From: Pseudovirgaria hyperparasitica
Taxonomy: Eukaryota
Assembly: GCA_010093815.1 (NCBI GenBank)
Contig: ML996577.1
Reading direction: 5' to 3' (one strand)
Length of the DNA stretch: 64,000 nucleotides
Shown: piece by piece, positions 35,556 to 47,264 of the stretch
How positions within the stretch are numbered: the first letter of the stretch is position 1
How the letters are laid out: the number at the start of each line of letters is the position of its first letter
Notes under the pieces: model-generated
Databases searched by the model: none
Told to the model about the DNA's origin: nothing
Seen by the model: the letters and a program-made list of their open reading frames with translations, nothing else
Position numbers and translations under genes: made by a program

Positions 35556-36479
35556 ATGGCCTCCGGTATCGTAGGTGAACTTGAGGGTCTCGGTGCAGAG
35601 GAGAGGGCCTTGGCACAGGCCGAGCGAGATGCACAACTGCTACGAGAAGAACAGGCGGCAGAGCGCGAAGCCGCTGCCGCACGACAACGAGCAGAACAAG
35701 AGGCAGCGGCAGCGGCAAGAGCACAACGCGCAGCTATGCTTCGCCGTGTCGCTGCGCGAGTCGCCGGTGTCGCGAAGAAAATCGGCACTCGTGTTGGTCA
35801 AGCTGCGAATGACTACATGCTCATCACTTCGCTCCAACAAATGATTGCTGGCAAAAGCGATACGCCAGGTTCAGGTTCAGGTTCAGGTTCAGGTTCAGGT
35901 TCAGGATCGTCGACACCCGTCGATCCCGCATTGACAAATCTGTTGAATGCGATTGCTGCTGGCACCAAAGCATATCAAACGGCGACCACGGACTGGAATA
36001 ACTTCATCGGCGCACACGTCGCAAAGGACGAGAGTTTTGGCACCGTCGAAGGCCAGTTTGGCCCTCAATCGGCCTTCGACCAGTTTGAAGATGGTGTCGA
36101 TAGTTTGACTGGCGACTGGTCGACGAACGTATCTCCGTTGATCCAGAGCAGCACTGCAGACCCTACCACGGCTACGGTAGCTTCATTACAACCACTCCAA
36201 GCGGCGATTCTCGTAGACTTGAACATGGCACTGGGCATTGCGCAGAATATTGATGGGCCTAGCGGGGCCAAGATGGTGGCTGCTGGTTTGATCAGTCACA
36301 CCAGCGATCTACAGACAGCCATCAATGGATTTCCAACCTCGAGCTCAAGCCCTGGGAACTCTGTGCCAGGTTCTCCTGCTCTAGCCACAAGCGGCTCTCC
36401 CACTCTGGCTCCCACTTCTGCTCCGGGGATGCCGCTTCCAGGACCGGCTGCTTCGATCACTGCACCTGTTGTTGCCTAA
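35556..36479 (+). CDS. Unrecognised protein: coiled-coil N-terminus, (GS)n linker, helical domain, Pro/Ser tail
   Basis: Intronless ORF from ATG 35556, TATA-like GTATAAAA at about 35422, coding-like composition. Confidence 0.7.
   Translation: MASGIVGELEGLGAEERALAQAERDAQLLREEQAAEREAAAARQRAEQEAAAAARAQRAAMLRRVAARVAGVAKKIGTRVGQAANDYMLITSLQQMIAGKSDTPGSGSGSGSGSGSGSSTPVDPALTNLLNAIAAGTKAYQTATTDWNNFIGAHVAKDESFGTVEGQFGPQSAFDQFEDGVDSLTGDWSTNVSPLIQSSTADPTTATVASLQPLQAAILVDLNMALGIAQNIDGPSGAKMVAAGLISHTSDLQTAINGFPTSSSSPGNSVPGSPALATSGSPTLAPTSAPGMPLPGPAASITAPVVA
35868..35903 (+). repeat. (GGTTCA)6 hexanucleotide microsatellite encoding a Gly-Ser linker
   Basis: Six perfect GGTTCA units in frame. Confidence 0.9.
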
Positions 36480-36890
36480 GGGGTGATCAGTCAGCTATAT
36501 TCGGGTTTACCCCAGCTTGGAAGAATTATCTTGGACATCTTTATGATTAGGTACAATCTATCCTAGATCTATACAATGAAGTCGTAAACCGCTCTATGAA
36601 GTTCGTTCGTTTGTTGTTGTACCAATAACCCTTGAGTCCTTTGAAAATTATGTTGGCTTAGGTGTTCAAGCTCTAAAGAAACGGCAAACGACTTTGTCTT
36701 ATTGATCGGATACATGTTCATGGTCGGCGAAACGAAATGAGATATCTCTGTCAGCTTTGAGCATGAGGTAACCTAGGTATACAGATGTGTAACGTGTGCA
36801 TTTCATTTCAGGGATGTCCGTATCTCCCCCTTACGCAAGTGTATGCCCGAGTAGACATATAACGAAATGATGTCCTCGAGGGTTTGGTAT

Positions 36891-38153
36891 CTAGAAATCG
36901 CCTCCTCCAAAATCACCGCCGCCGCCTCCATCTCCACCCCCAAAGCCACCATCGTCGCCCCCTCCGAACCCACCACCATCTCCTCCTCCATATCCACCAT
37001 CATCTCCCCCTCCAAATCCACCATCGTCGCCACCGTCATGACCGTCTATGGCTTCGCTCAGTAGCATACCTGTTTGGGAGTCAGCAGTGTGGACATGTGG
37101 AAAAGGTTACAAAGTTCAAGACGATTGAGACGCAGTGAGAGAGCAAGTGGCCCTGGGATCAGGTTGTTCACTCGACTACACCTCTCTGAGGTGTATGAAC
37201 ATGATCATTAGGGACACAAGCACAGCTCGGGGATGCAACTCACCGCCAGCCAAGCCTCCCGCAGCTCCGAGAGCTGAATACGACGTCAGTACATCTCACG
37301 AAGTCCGATAGATGTCGTGATGCTTACCCATGCCACCGCCGGCGCCTAGACCCCCCGGTCTCCTCCCACCACCCATCATAGGCATACCTCCGCCCATAGG
37401 TCGTCCATACGGCGCAGCACCATACCCCGGCTGCGTACCGTACGCCGACTGCCCATACGAATGCGGCCTCGATCCACCCGAGCTCCCCTTCAACTTGCCC
37501 AACAGCCCGGACAAGCCACCCTTCTTCTTCCCCTTATCGCCCTCATACTGCCCCGTATATGGATCCTGCTGTCCATACGGCTGCTGTGGTGGCGCATACT
37601 GCTGTCCTTGTGGATACCCTTGCTGATACCCGGCACCTTGAGGCGCATTGTAGTAGCCATCTGCAGCACCCCGGCTATTAGGACGGCCTCCGGCGCGCGC
37701 GTTCTCTTCATCTTGGAGTTGCCGGGCAAGACGCTCGTCTTCACTGATGTCGTGCGAAGCGGATGCGCCGCCAGGACCAGCGGGGCTTGCGTAAGGGTTG
37801 TTGCTGCTTAAACCTGTCTTCTCGCCGTGGAGAGGTTGAGTGGGACCGCCAGCATATGAAGGAGGTGGGCCCTCGGGCGCAAGGTCATTATTGCCGGGAG
37901 GGAAGATTGGTTCAGTAGGTTTGTCCCATTGTGATTTCTTGGTATAGATGTTGACGTAGAACCATTCGCTGTATTGATCTGAGAAAATGTTACTTCGTGC
38001 TGCAATTTATCTACGGTCGCATACAAACGCACTGTTCCACACAGCTTTCCAACCAGCTGGTACGGTTGGTGGGGGTGGACCCTAGTTAATCAGATACCGT
38101 ACGGCTATTAGTTGCTCTGAGCTTCATACCGGTGGTGGTTCTGCGTCGGCCAT
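36891..38153 (-). CDS. WW-domain, Gly/Gln/Pro-rich protein (Wwm1-like), multi-exon
   Basis: MADAEPPP, VPAGWKAVW...WFYVNIYTKKSQWDKP (WW domain), DERLARQLQDEE, GY/Q-rich middle and GGDDGG-rich tail ending GGGDF. Confidence 0.8.
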
Positions 38154-38723
38154 TGAAGTCGTTCTGCTTGGATGCGAGGTGTTGCGATGCGAAGGTCAAG
38201 TTTGGTATTCATGCATATAAGCTTGGCAGAAATGCGACACGCGCCTGGTCAGCAGAGATCTGATCACTGAAGGTACCGCGTAATGATGTGCTTTATGGTA
38301 CGTCAGCGTTCGCGCATCCTGTGACATGACGCCACGCCTTAGCCACTGCACGCTCCGGTCCCAATCAATGTGGAATGTGTGCCCACGCCATGATACCTGT
38401 TTGTACAAAAGGACAACGGCTATACAAGGTTAATGGCACTAGACAAGACTAGTGCTAGAAATGAATCAGTCATTCGAATGCTATATATTTAGCCAGTATA
38501 ACTAGATAATTCAACCTGCATTTGTGAATAGATTCATAATAAAGGGCCAACGATTTTGAACGCTACAAGTTCGCTACTCACCAGGAAAAGACAAGTGAGG
38601 CAGAAATGCCCAGCAAATGCTCGCGTGAATGGTATACATTAAGGTGATCGCCTTGTAGTTCAGAACACGAGCGCTAGTCCTGTGCCTCCGCTATATTACA
38701 ACTAAACTTCGATTTCAAGAACA

Positions 38724-41700
38724 TTACTTCGCCTCCGAGGCAAGAAACTCGCCAGTCTATCACTTAGTTAGTAGGGTGTTTTCTAGATCTACGGTAGCTC
38801 ATCTTACCTTCTGAGAGTCATAATCGAATTGTTCCAACGCTGGGACAACCTTAGAGCGCGGGAAGCCCATGCTGGTGAATTGCTTCACTAGCGGATCATC
38901 GTGTTCACTTGTGGCACTGAGAGCACGACTAAGTTGAGGAGGCTGGCTTAATTTAGTTCCTTCGTTAGGTGGAGGGGCATCAAAGGATGCGAATCCCGAT
39001 CCACTCGACTCTCCGAGAGCTGATTGATCTTTTGAAGATTCGAGCCCAGAAAAGATAGCATCCCAATCGTGAGAGCTGTTCATGGCTTGAGAGGATTTGC
39101 CCAGACCAAAGCTTTGTGACATGGTGTCGAAGTCACTATCGTCACCAAATCCAGTCTTACCAGTAGGAGTTTGTTGCGATGCCATTGTGTTGGACTTGGA
39201 AGCCGCCGGTGAATCGAACACAGGGTTGAATTCATCATCGCGGTGATGAGAGCTCAGGACAAAATCATCTTCGGTCTTGTCATCAGCCTCCTTAGCCTCG
39301 CTCAGGTCATCAAATCCGTTGTCGAAATCATCGCCAAAGGAGGTCTTTCCGACTTGGGTCGGAGCTGGCTCGCTACCGCTGTTGGGATGAGATACCGCAG
39401 AATGATATGCATCTGATGGAACGGTCGATGTCGGCGTGTCGTTCGGTGGCGGCGATACAGAAAATGTCGTGTTTGGGGCCGATGGTTTACTGGACGAGGG
39501 CGCACCTCCAAACAGATTGTGTCCTTGACCTCCGCTTGTTCCAGATTGGCTGAAGGCCTTATCAGAGGATTGTCCTTCAGACGACGTCGGGTCTCCACGA
39601 GACGGAAGGAGGCCTGAGAACTCTGGTGGAAATTGGTTCGATCCAGATCTTTGAGGTACCGAAGATTCATACGTAGGTGGTGATTGCTGAGCGTTTGGGG
39701 TCGGAAGATCAGCCTCGCTCCTTGGAGGTGGAGGTCCTTCATATAAAAAGTCGTCATCATTGTTTGTAGCACTTGTAGTTGGTCTGGAACTGCTGGCTTG
39801 CGCTCCACGAGGCGATGCTGGGGTGAAATCATCCGCAAATCCCTGCTCACTATTGCTGTCGCTCTCCTCATCATGTCCAAACTCTTCAATGGGAGGAAAT
39901 TCCTTATTGAACTTATTTTGAGCGCCATCTGCGGTAGACCCGTTGTGCGAAGAACCAGTGTGTTGACGTTCCTGAACTTGACGACCAGTCTTGAAGTCTG
40001 CAAAAGCAGAATCAAAATCCATCTTCGATGACCCAGGACCGCGAGCCTGTTCCTTGGTAGCGAATGGATCGTTGCGGTTCGTACTGCCCTTGCTTTGCGA
40101 GCTTTCGCCAGTAAGCTCAGGTTGAATCGGCGAATTTACATCGCGGGGGAAGGCGCCCGGAATATCACGAGTGGCGGAGGGTTGTCCAAAATTCTGAAAG
40201 TTGTCCTTGTCCCTGTTGTTGTCGCTTGCCGAGCTGACTGCCGGGGACGCCGTCTGGTTTCGATTGAAAAGCGCTGTACCATAGCTGGATGATTCTGCTC
40301 TAGAAGTCTCGGGTCTCCTGGCTGCAGCAGGCGTATTAGAAGCTGTAGGTGTATCTGCTCCAGCCGCGTCATCATACCTGCTTGCTGGCGCTGACACCTT
40401 GACCGAGGAGCTGAATGAATCAGATCGGGGAACACTTTCACGTAGGGGTAACAAATTTGCATTGAATTGCCTTGATTCTGGCGGTGGCGGCGGGTCAGTA
40501 TTCCTTGGCGACTCATGATACGAAGAAAGTGGTGGAGAAGTAGAAGGAGTCGGCACATCAGGCTCGGACGATCGGACAGAAGATCCTGGCTGGGTTTCGG
40601 CCTTGAAAGATGTTTGTGGAGCAGCCGCATGAGAAGCGGATGAGGATGTACCGAAGATGTTGTCGAAGTCTCGAGTATTTGCTAGACTGTCCGATCGCGC
40701 GAATCCTGAAGGTGACATCGTATTCTCCGTAGGAGGAGCAGGCGATTTCCTGAAGAATGGATTCGTGCTTTGACTTACTGTGGAAGCAGCAGGACTGACC
40801 ACATTCGATTCCGCTGGAGTGGCGTACGGGCTACGGGAGGTCGCTGTCATCTTTGTCAACTCAGAAGCCTCAGTTGTAAGCTTGTCCCGCTCCTGCTCGC
40901 TAGTAGAGAGTTGCTTCTTATTGATGGCAACCAATCCTTTCTGTTGTCTAGCATCATTCTTCAGCTTCTCCACCTGCGGACGAAGGCTAGCGACTTCGTT
41001 ATTGATTTGGCGTATTCTTTCTTTGAGGCTAGCATTTTCTTGCTGATCGGCTTCGTATGCCGCCGACTTTTGGCGGAAGTCGTTTTGCAAGTCTTGGTAA
41101 GTTCCCTCTATTAGAGCAAGATCGGACTGTAATTTCCTTGTCTCGTTTCGAGACGCTGTGAGGCGTTCCTCAAGAGTCTTTACATTCTTGACTTCGATTT
41201 CGTACTGTGACCTGAATTGTGAAAGTCGCAATTCGAGATCTCGTTTCTGAGTGCCTGCACCTGCTAATTCTTTCTCCGTCGAGCCCTTCTTGTTCTGAAC
41301 TTCCTGCATTTGAGTCCGCAGCGTACCAATCTGATTCGACATATTGGCAAGCTCAGCGGTTTCTGAAGTTAGTTTCTTGCTCACTTCTGGGTCATTATCG
41401 CCAAGCAAGTCCTCCATTGCTGAAGCTTGCTGAGGCAGCTCCCGAGACTGCGAAAGGGGAGAATTCGTCTGCTGTACAGTGGGTCTGGATTGTAGGCTTT
41501 GACCAAACGAAGACGTCGGCATGAAAGGCTTGAAGTCTCTCTGAGACCGGTTCTGAAAATTGGGCGAGGTCGGCGAAGACGTCTTGCTTCCGAACGGATC
41601 AGCTTCGAACGGCCGATTGAAGGTTCCCGAGCCGCCTGTTGATTGTTGTATCTGATGCGGAGCCGGTGCTGCCGACGAGAACGAATCAAGCCCGAAAAGA

Positions 41701-43112
41701 TCTTCTGCTGCTGACTTTGTAGCCTGAGGACCTGAATATGCTGTTTCAAAAGCTGGTGCGGTGGGTCGTGCCGGTGGTCTCGTTTGATTGCGCATGCTTG
41801 GGGGAATTAAGTTTGCTGGTAGTGTTGTGGGAAGAGGTGTCCCTGGTTTACGTTGCTGGCGGATGAGATGCATAGCCACGGCAAACTCATCACGACTCAG
41901 CTGCCCAACAGAGTTGATGTCCGCTAGATCCCATATAGCTGCCAATGTATCCTCAGGTAAAGCAGAATCGGTGAAGTAATTGACGGCCTGTTCCCCTGTG
42001 ATATATCCATTTCCTTCTCGGTCCAGCTTACTGAATTGACTGTCGTAGGGCGCTTTTTCTTGAGGGGTAATGATCCAGTCATTACCAGTTGCTTGATTAG
42101 ACTGTGGCGGAGTGCCGTACGGCGCTCGTCCGAGTGGACTTTGCGTTCTCTGGGCGCTTTGCCCGCTGAACTGGCGAGGTATCGCAGACGGACCTAATGA
42201 GCCCGTGGGAAGGCGTGGAGGTACAGGCTGAATTGCTCTACGAGAAGCAGCTTCGTAAAGGCCTGCGGGGAGGTTGTTTGGAATCCCCTTCATTTGGCCA
42301 GACTTCATCGACGCCAACAGGTGCATGGCGATAATGAACTCCGTTACACTCAGGGCGCCTCTTTGCTCGGTATCTGCAAGGTTCCATATCCGGCTCAACA
42401 CTTCATTCGATAACCCAGCCTTTTCAAATATCTGCTTCGCTGTATCGCCTACAGTGAAATCAGTTAAGCTCAATGTGATTGGGTGTTACAACGTCAATCG
42501 ACTGACCAGCTAAGATCCCATTTGTTCCAAACTTCTCAAAGAGTGCTGCATACTCTGTAGCCTTCTCTGGGGCGAGTGGAGGAACCCGTATTGGGCCACT
42601 CATTTGCGGTTGTATGCTAGCAATAGGCATCGGGGGTGGTGGTGGAAGGACTGTGGCAGGTGGTGGTGCCATGCCATCGAACTTTGGTAGCGGCGCAGCT
42701 ACGTTCTGTCCTTAGCAGCGTTCACTTGTAAGTCTACAATGTCCACATACACTTGAATGCCAGATCTTGTGTTGGTTCTCTACCAGCTTGATAGTGGCCA
42801 ATCAATCTGAGGACTATACAGAAGCCTGCTGATGTAAGGAGACCTCTGTTGTCCGTGTCTGCGATCTGCCATATTATGCCAAGCACAGGGGACGGTACTT
42901 TGGTGCGCTCAAAGAATTTGACGGCTACTTCACCAGTTACCACGCCAATGTTTTCTGTGTCAGCATCATTGAAGAGCTGTTTGAAGTAGCGCTTCTCATC
43001 GGCGCTGAGGTTGAGGATGGAATGGTCTGAGCAGATGTTCATCAGCAGGCTGCAAGAGGCATTCGGATTGAAGCAACGCACTGATGTCTGTGCTGGGGGC
43101 GGATTCTGCCAT
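38724..43112 (-). CDS. EDE1: EH-domain endocytic scaffold with coiled coil and C-terminal UBA (Ede1/Eps15)
   Basis: Three EH domains (IWQIADTDNRG, IWNLADTEQRG, IWDLADINSVG), long coiled coil, NPF/DPF motifs, UBA-like FTSMGFPRSKVVPALEQFDYD. Confidence 0.92.
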
Positions 43113-43968
43113 AGTAACAATTATATCGGCGTAGCAATCCTGTGCGCAATGCAGTATGCAATCACGGTGCTACTGAAGACGATCTCCAGCCTGTGGTGTG
43201 GTCGAGGCTGACAGGTGCAAGAGTTCCTGTGTCAACCGAGCTGGCTGTGGGAGCTTGGAAGAGTTCAAGCTCCACACAGCAGAACTGAATGGATGGGAGG
43301 GTAGAATGAAGCTATAGGGAGCTCAGTCAGGATGCAGGACTTCGAGAATGATGGAAATAATAGTGATAGACAAATCCGATGGCGAAGAAGGTCAGGAATG
43401 GCGAGCAACAGGAGCAGTCCGGCGGTAATGGCGATGGGCGGATGATGGATCCGGCCGGGTTCTGGGGTTCTGGGGGCTTTCGGGGCTACGAAGCGAGCGC
43501 TGCGTCCACCTTCGTTGTTGACGTGGCTGGCGTTGGCATTTCCCCGCCTCCAGGTCAACCCACACATGTTGGCGTAAGCCTGCAGCCTGCAGCCTACCGT
43601 AGTAAGATTTCTTGACAGCTTGTTGGCTGTAATTGTAACCTACAATTCATTTCGCTCATCCTGACTTCCGGGCATTGGAATCGTGACCGGCAGCTAGCGT
43701 TGTTCTATCGCCGTTAGGTACCAGAAGATGGCTTACAGATGACGTCCGGGCACTGGATTCGGAGACAGACTGAACATCAACATTTGTAGGAGGTTGGAAT
43801 GGTCTTCATCGCTGGCGGAGTACCGCGCACTGGTGCAATGGTGCCTATATACAGCATATGCCGCAAGTGTTGGAATTCAAAGGAAAAATCAAGCGTCCAG
43901 CTGATAGCGTACACAGGTATACAATTGAGTGGCAAGGAGGAAGTGTTGGAACAAGAAAGGAAATTTCG

Positions 43969-44912
43969 TCATGACTGGTCTCTCTCTACACGCTTGACGT
44001 TGTCTTTCCGACGCTCGGCTTCGCAGTAATTGAATGCAAGCCCAGGATTGCCTTCGCTTTCTCGCTGACCCCATGCTCGTCCAAGAAGCCAATCAGTTAC
44101 GCTGATTACTTTCGCCGTTCTATCGTGACTTGCCCCCTCCTCGGCATGTTCGATGGTATGTGTAACAATTTTGCCCTGTTCGTCAAATTCGAAGATGAAG
44201 AGGCCGCTGAATTCTGAATCCGCGCCTCCACTGAGCATTTCCTTGAACCGGTCGACTTGCTCTCGTGTTGATATCCCTCGATATATACCTTGCCCGTTCT
44301 TACTCTTGCTTTTCTTGCCCGTCTTCCATTTCACAACTAGTTTCTCTTGCCGCGTGTCGGTTGCCGCTGTGTGGCCTCCGTTGCGGAACATCCGTTCGGA
44401 AAGGATGTCGAGCTTGACATTGCCGACCACTGGTACGCATCCCCAAGCGACAGGAGCCGTCCACAATGCTGCCGTGTATGCTATTCTTCCTGAAACTGTG
44501 GGAAGGTGTGGGTGAGTTGAGGGGAAAAGGTGCAAAGTGATCTGAGGGGACAGTATCTCCTGAGGTAGAGGAGACGCGAGCAGAGTAGGTAGATGATCTC
44601 GAAGAGTACGGATTGCTAAGTGGACAATTAGTACGGTTCATGTTCGCACACCAGTATACGCTCACTCTTTCCAAGCTTTAACGTCCGCTCATCTGGCGGT
44701 GCCCCATCCGAGCCCAGTTGGTGCTCCGGCATCCACACCGGGGGAGTACTACTGAACCATGATCCAGAGAGTTCGCGATCTCGTATGTTCGCTAGGTTGC
44801 GCTTAGGTTGGCGGATGTAGAGGATAGAGCTCGGTGTTGCGGTGCTTTTGATCAGCTTATCCGCGCGAAGTCGTTTTGAGGTCGAGAATCTCCGCATCAG
44901 ACCGGCGGTCAT
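43969..44912 (-). CDS. Conserved fungal protein, probably mitochondrial (MMU163/Mug163-like)
   Basis: PDERTLKLGK exon, then LHLFPSTHPHLPTVSGRIAYTAALW and FSGLFIFEFDEQGKIVTHTIE; family recalled from memory, not searched. Confidence 0.7.
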
Positions 44913-45354
44913 CTGTGATGATTCCAAGTCATAAGCCTCAAGCGTGCTATATTGCTGAAGCTAGAGCTGTATTATCATTGAGATGTAGACAATGCGACCC
45001 GCAGGTCCGTGAAATACAACTGAGTTTCGAAAGAAGGGTACCTAAAAGAGTCTAGCGGCCAGGGTCAGGGTATGACGTTGTCATAACCAGTTCCAATTGC
45101 GTCTGGACTTTCTCCCATTCCCATCTAAAGCCCTTCATCCATGAAGTAGCAGGACTCCCTGAGCAACAACTCAATTAGTTCTACTGTCTGAGCGCCTAGA
45201 AAGATTGAAGTCATCTGCCGATTGGCACTAGCCGTAAATAGAAGTCATAGCATCAGTATATAATGTAGCAACCTTGCTCCATTCTTCAATGACATAGGAG
45301 CTCCTAATTCTGTACATCGTCCTTGTCTAGCACTTCTTGAGCTCTCGATCGACT

Positions 45355-46310
45355 ATGTCCGGGAAGTTGATTGTATTTGCTGGTGGCTCAGGCAAGGCCG
45401 GGCTCATGTCATAGCCGAATTGCTTAAAGCTGGGTCAAGTCTTGAATTTGGACCTTGTGCCTCTAGACAATCCAAAAGTTTTTTCATTGGATACTGATCT
45501 CACAGAATCTGGACAAATCTCCAACGCCTTGACTACACATTTTAATTTCTCTGGCTACGAGGCGGAGGGCAATCCAAAAGGACCGGATGTAGTCATACAC
45601 TTTGCAGCATATGCTCGCAATATGCTCGTGCCAGACAATGAATGCTACAAAGTGAGCACTATCCAATCAGGTTCAGATATGATATCTAAGCACTCACAGG
45701 GCAATGTCTTGTCGACTTACAACGTCATTGAGGCGACCTGGAAGCTCGGGATACCCAAAATCGTCATCGCCAGCGGCGAGACTATCTACGGAGGATGTTT
45801 TGCGCAGGGAGGTCATGATTATGAGTCCTTTCCTTCGAATGAAGATCTCGACGTCAATCCAATGGACACTTACACCATTAGTAAACTATGCCGTGAACGA
45901 GTGGCGCGTGGGTTTGCTCGGAGGTTTGGGGTCGACATATATGCCTTGCGGATTGGTAATGTTATCGAGCCGCATGAGTATGAGCGCGACTTTCCAAAGT
46001 ATGTCAATCCATGAGCCGGCCTGTCGAAAGCAAAATGCCTGGTCGTACATAGACGCAAGAGACCTGGGTCAGATCTGCGACTTATACACGCACGCTGAAG
46101 GATGGACTCGGATTCCAGGTCTTCAATGCAACCAACGATACAATTACTACGACGATGCCGATCAAGGAGGTCTTGAAGTTGAGCTGCCCAGATACCGAAT
46201 TGACCAGACATATCGGGGAATGGGAAGCGCCTTTGAGTAATAAGAAGATCAAAGATATTCTGGATTTCAAGGAACAGCATGACTGGAGGAAGTACTATAA
46301 GCCTTCATTG
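45355..46310 (+). pseudogene. NAD-dependent epimerase/dehydratase pseudogene
   Basis: MSGKLIVFAGGSGKAG hits TAG at 45412; homologous segments (VIHFAA, YTISKL, LRIGNV, AWSYIDARDLG, GFQVFNA) continue in different frames, implying about 4 frameshifts. 3' end approximate. Confidence 0.85.
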
Positions 46311-46494
46311 AGCATGAATTCGAATAATAATTACTTAGAGCTGAAATATGACCAACGTGTACAGCATGATGGGCTGGCGGCTGTACGCGTACACCTGGCC
46401 GTTTCAGCTGGAAGAATGATGATAATGGTGTTCACTAGGATGCACAGCCACTACACTCCAGCGCATCGAAGGATGAATTGGTTCCTAGAACAGA

Positions 46495-47000
46495 ATCCGT
46501 TTGTCCATAGTTACATGAGAAAGCTTGGCAGACGGCGCACACATGTCGCGCGCGCACACGAACCATAGTATAAACGACATTTTTAACTATTACCGCTATA
46601 TTATACCTCTATAATTATAAATACTACTATATACTAATCTTAAATAACCCTAAGAATATATCTATACTCTTTTTATTACTTTAAATTACCTATAATATCT
46701 CTAAAATTATAGAAAAAGAGTAAAGAGAGTAGATTATAGAGAGAGATTCTTAGGTCTAGCTACCTATATACTCCTAGATTTTAAGGCGCTCTAGAAGGAT
46801 ATAGAGAGAATATTAAAGATCTATAGTACTATATATTAGTTATACTAACTTTCTTCTATTATATATTATAGTTTTATATATTATAGAGGGATAATGCGGC
46901 GGTAATAGGTGAAAATATCGTTTATACTACGGTTCGTGTGCGCGCGCGACATGTGTGCACCCTCTGCCAAGCTTTCTCATGTAACTATGGACAAACGGAT
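46495..47000. mobile_element. Non-autonomous DNA transposon relic (MITE-like) with about 120-bp terminal inverted repeats and AT-rich core
   Basis: 46495-46615 is the reverse complement of 46880-47000 (first 38 bp identical, ATCCGTTTGTCCATAGTTACATGAGAAAGCTTGGCAGA); interior is very TA-rich and non-coding. Confidence 0.9.
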
Positions 47001-47264
47001 GACAGTGGCGTCTTTGCACCGCCCTCCTCCGCGCCCCTCCTTGGCCGGCCCTAACGCTGCTACCGCCTGTGAAGCATTCATTCATCCACTCCATTGATTC
47101 AACTGCTCTCCTGTTTCTTCTCTGCTACGCTCTCGCAGTCTGAAGACTCCTTTTAACCTCCAGTGCGACGCTTGCTTATATTCTCACTGCTGTCTTTTCT
47201 CTGTCTCTTTCCTTACTACTTCCATCCATTTCTTGTCCACCAAGTCGCAGAGCTCTGCCCCACC

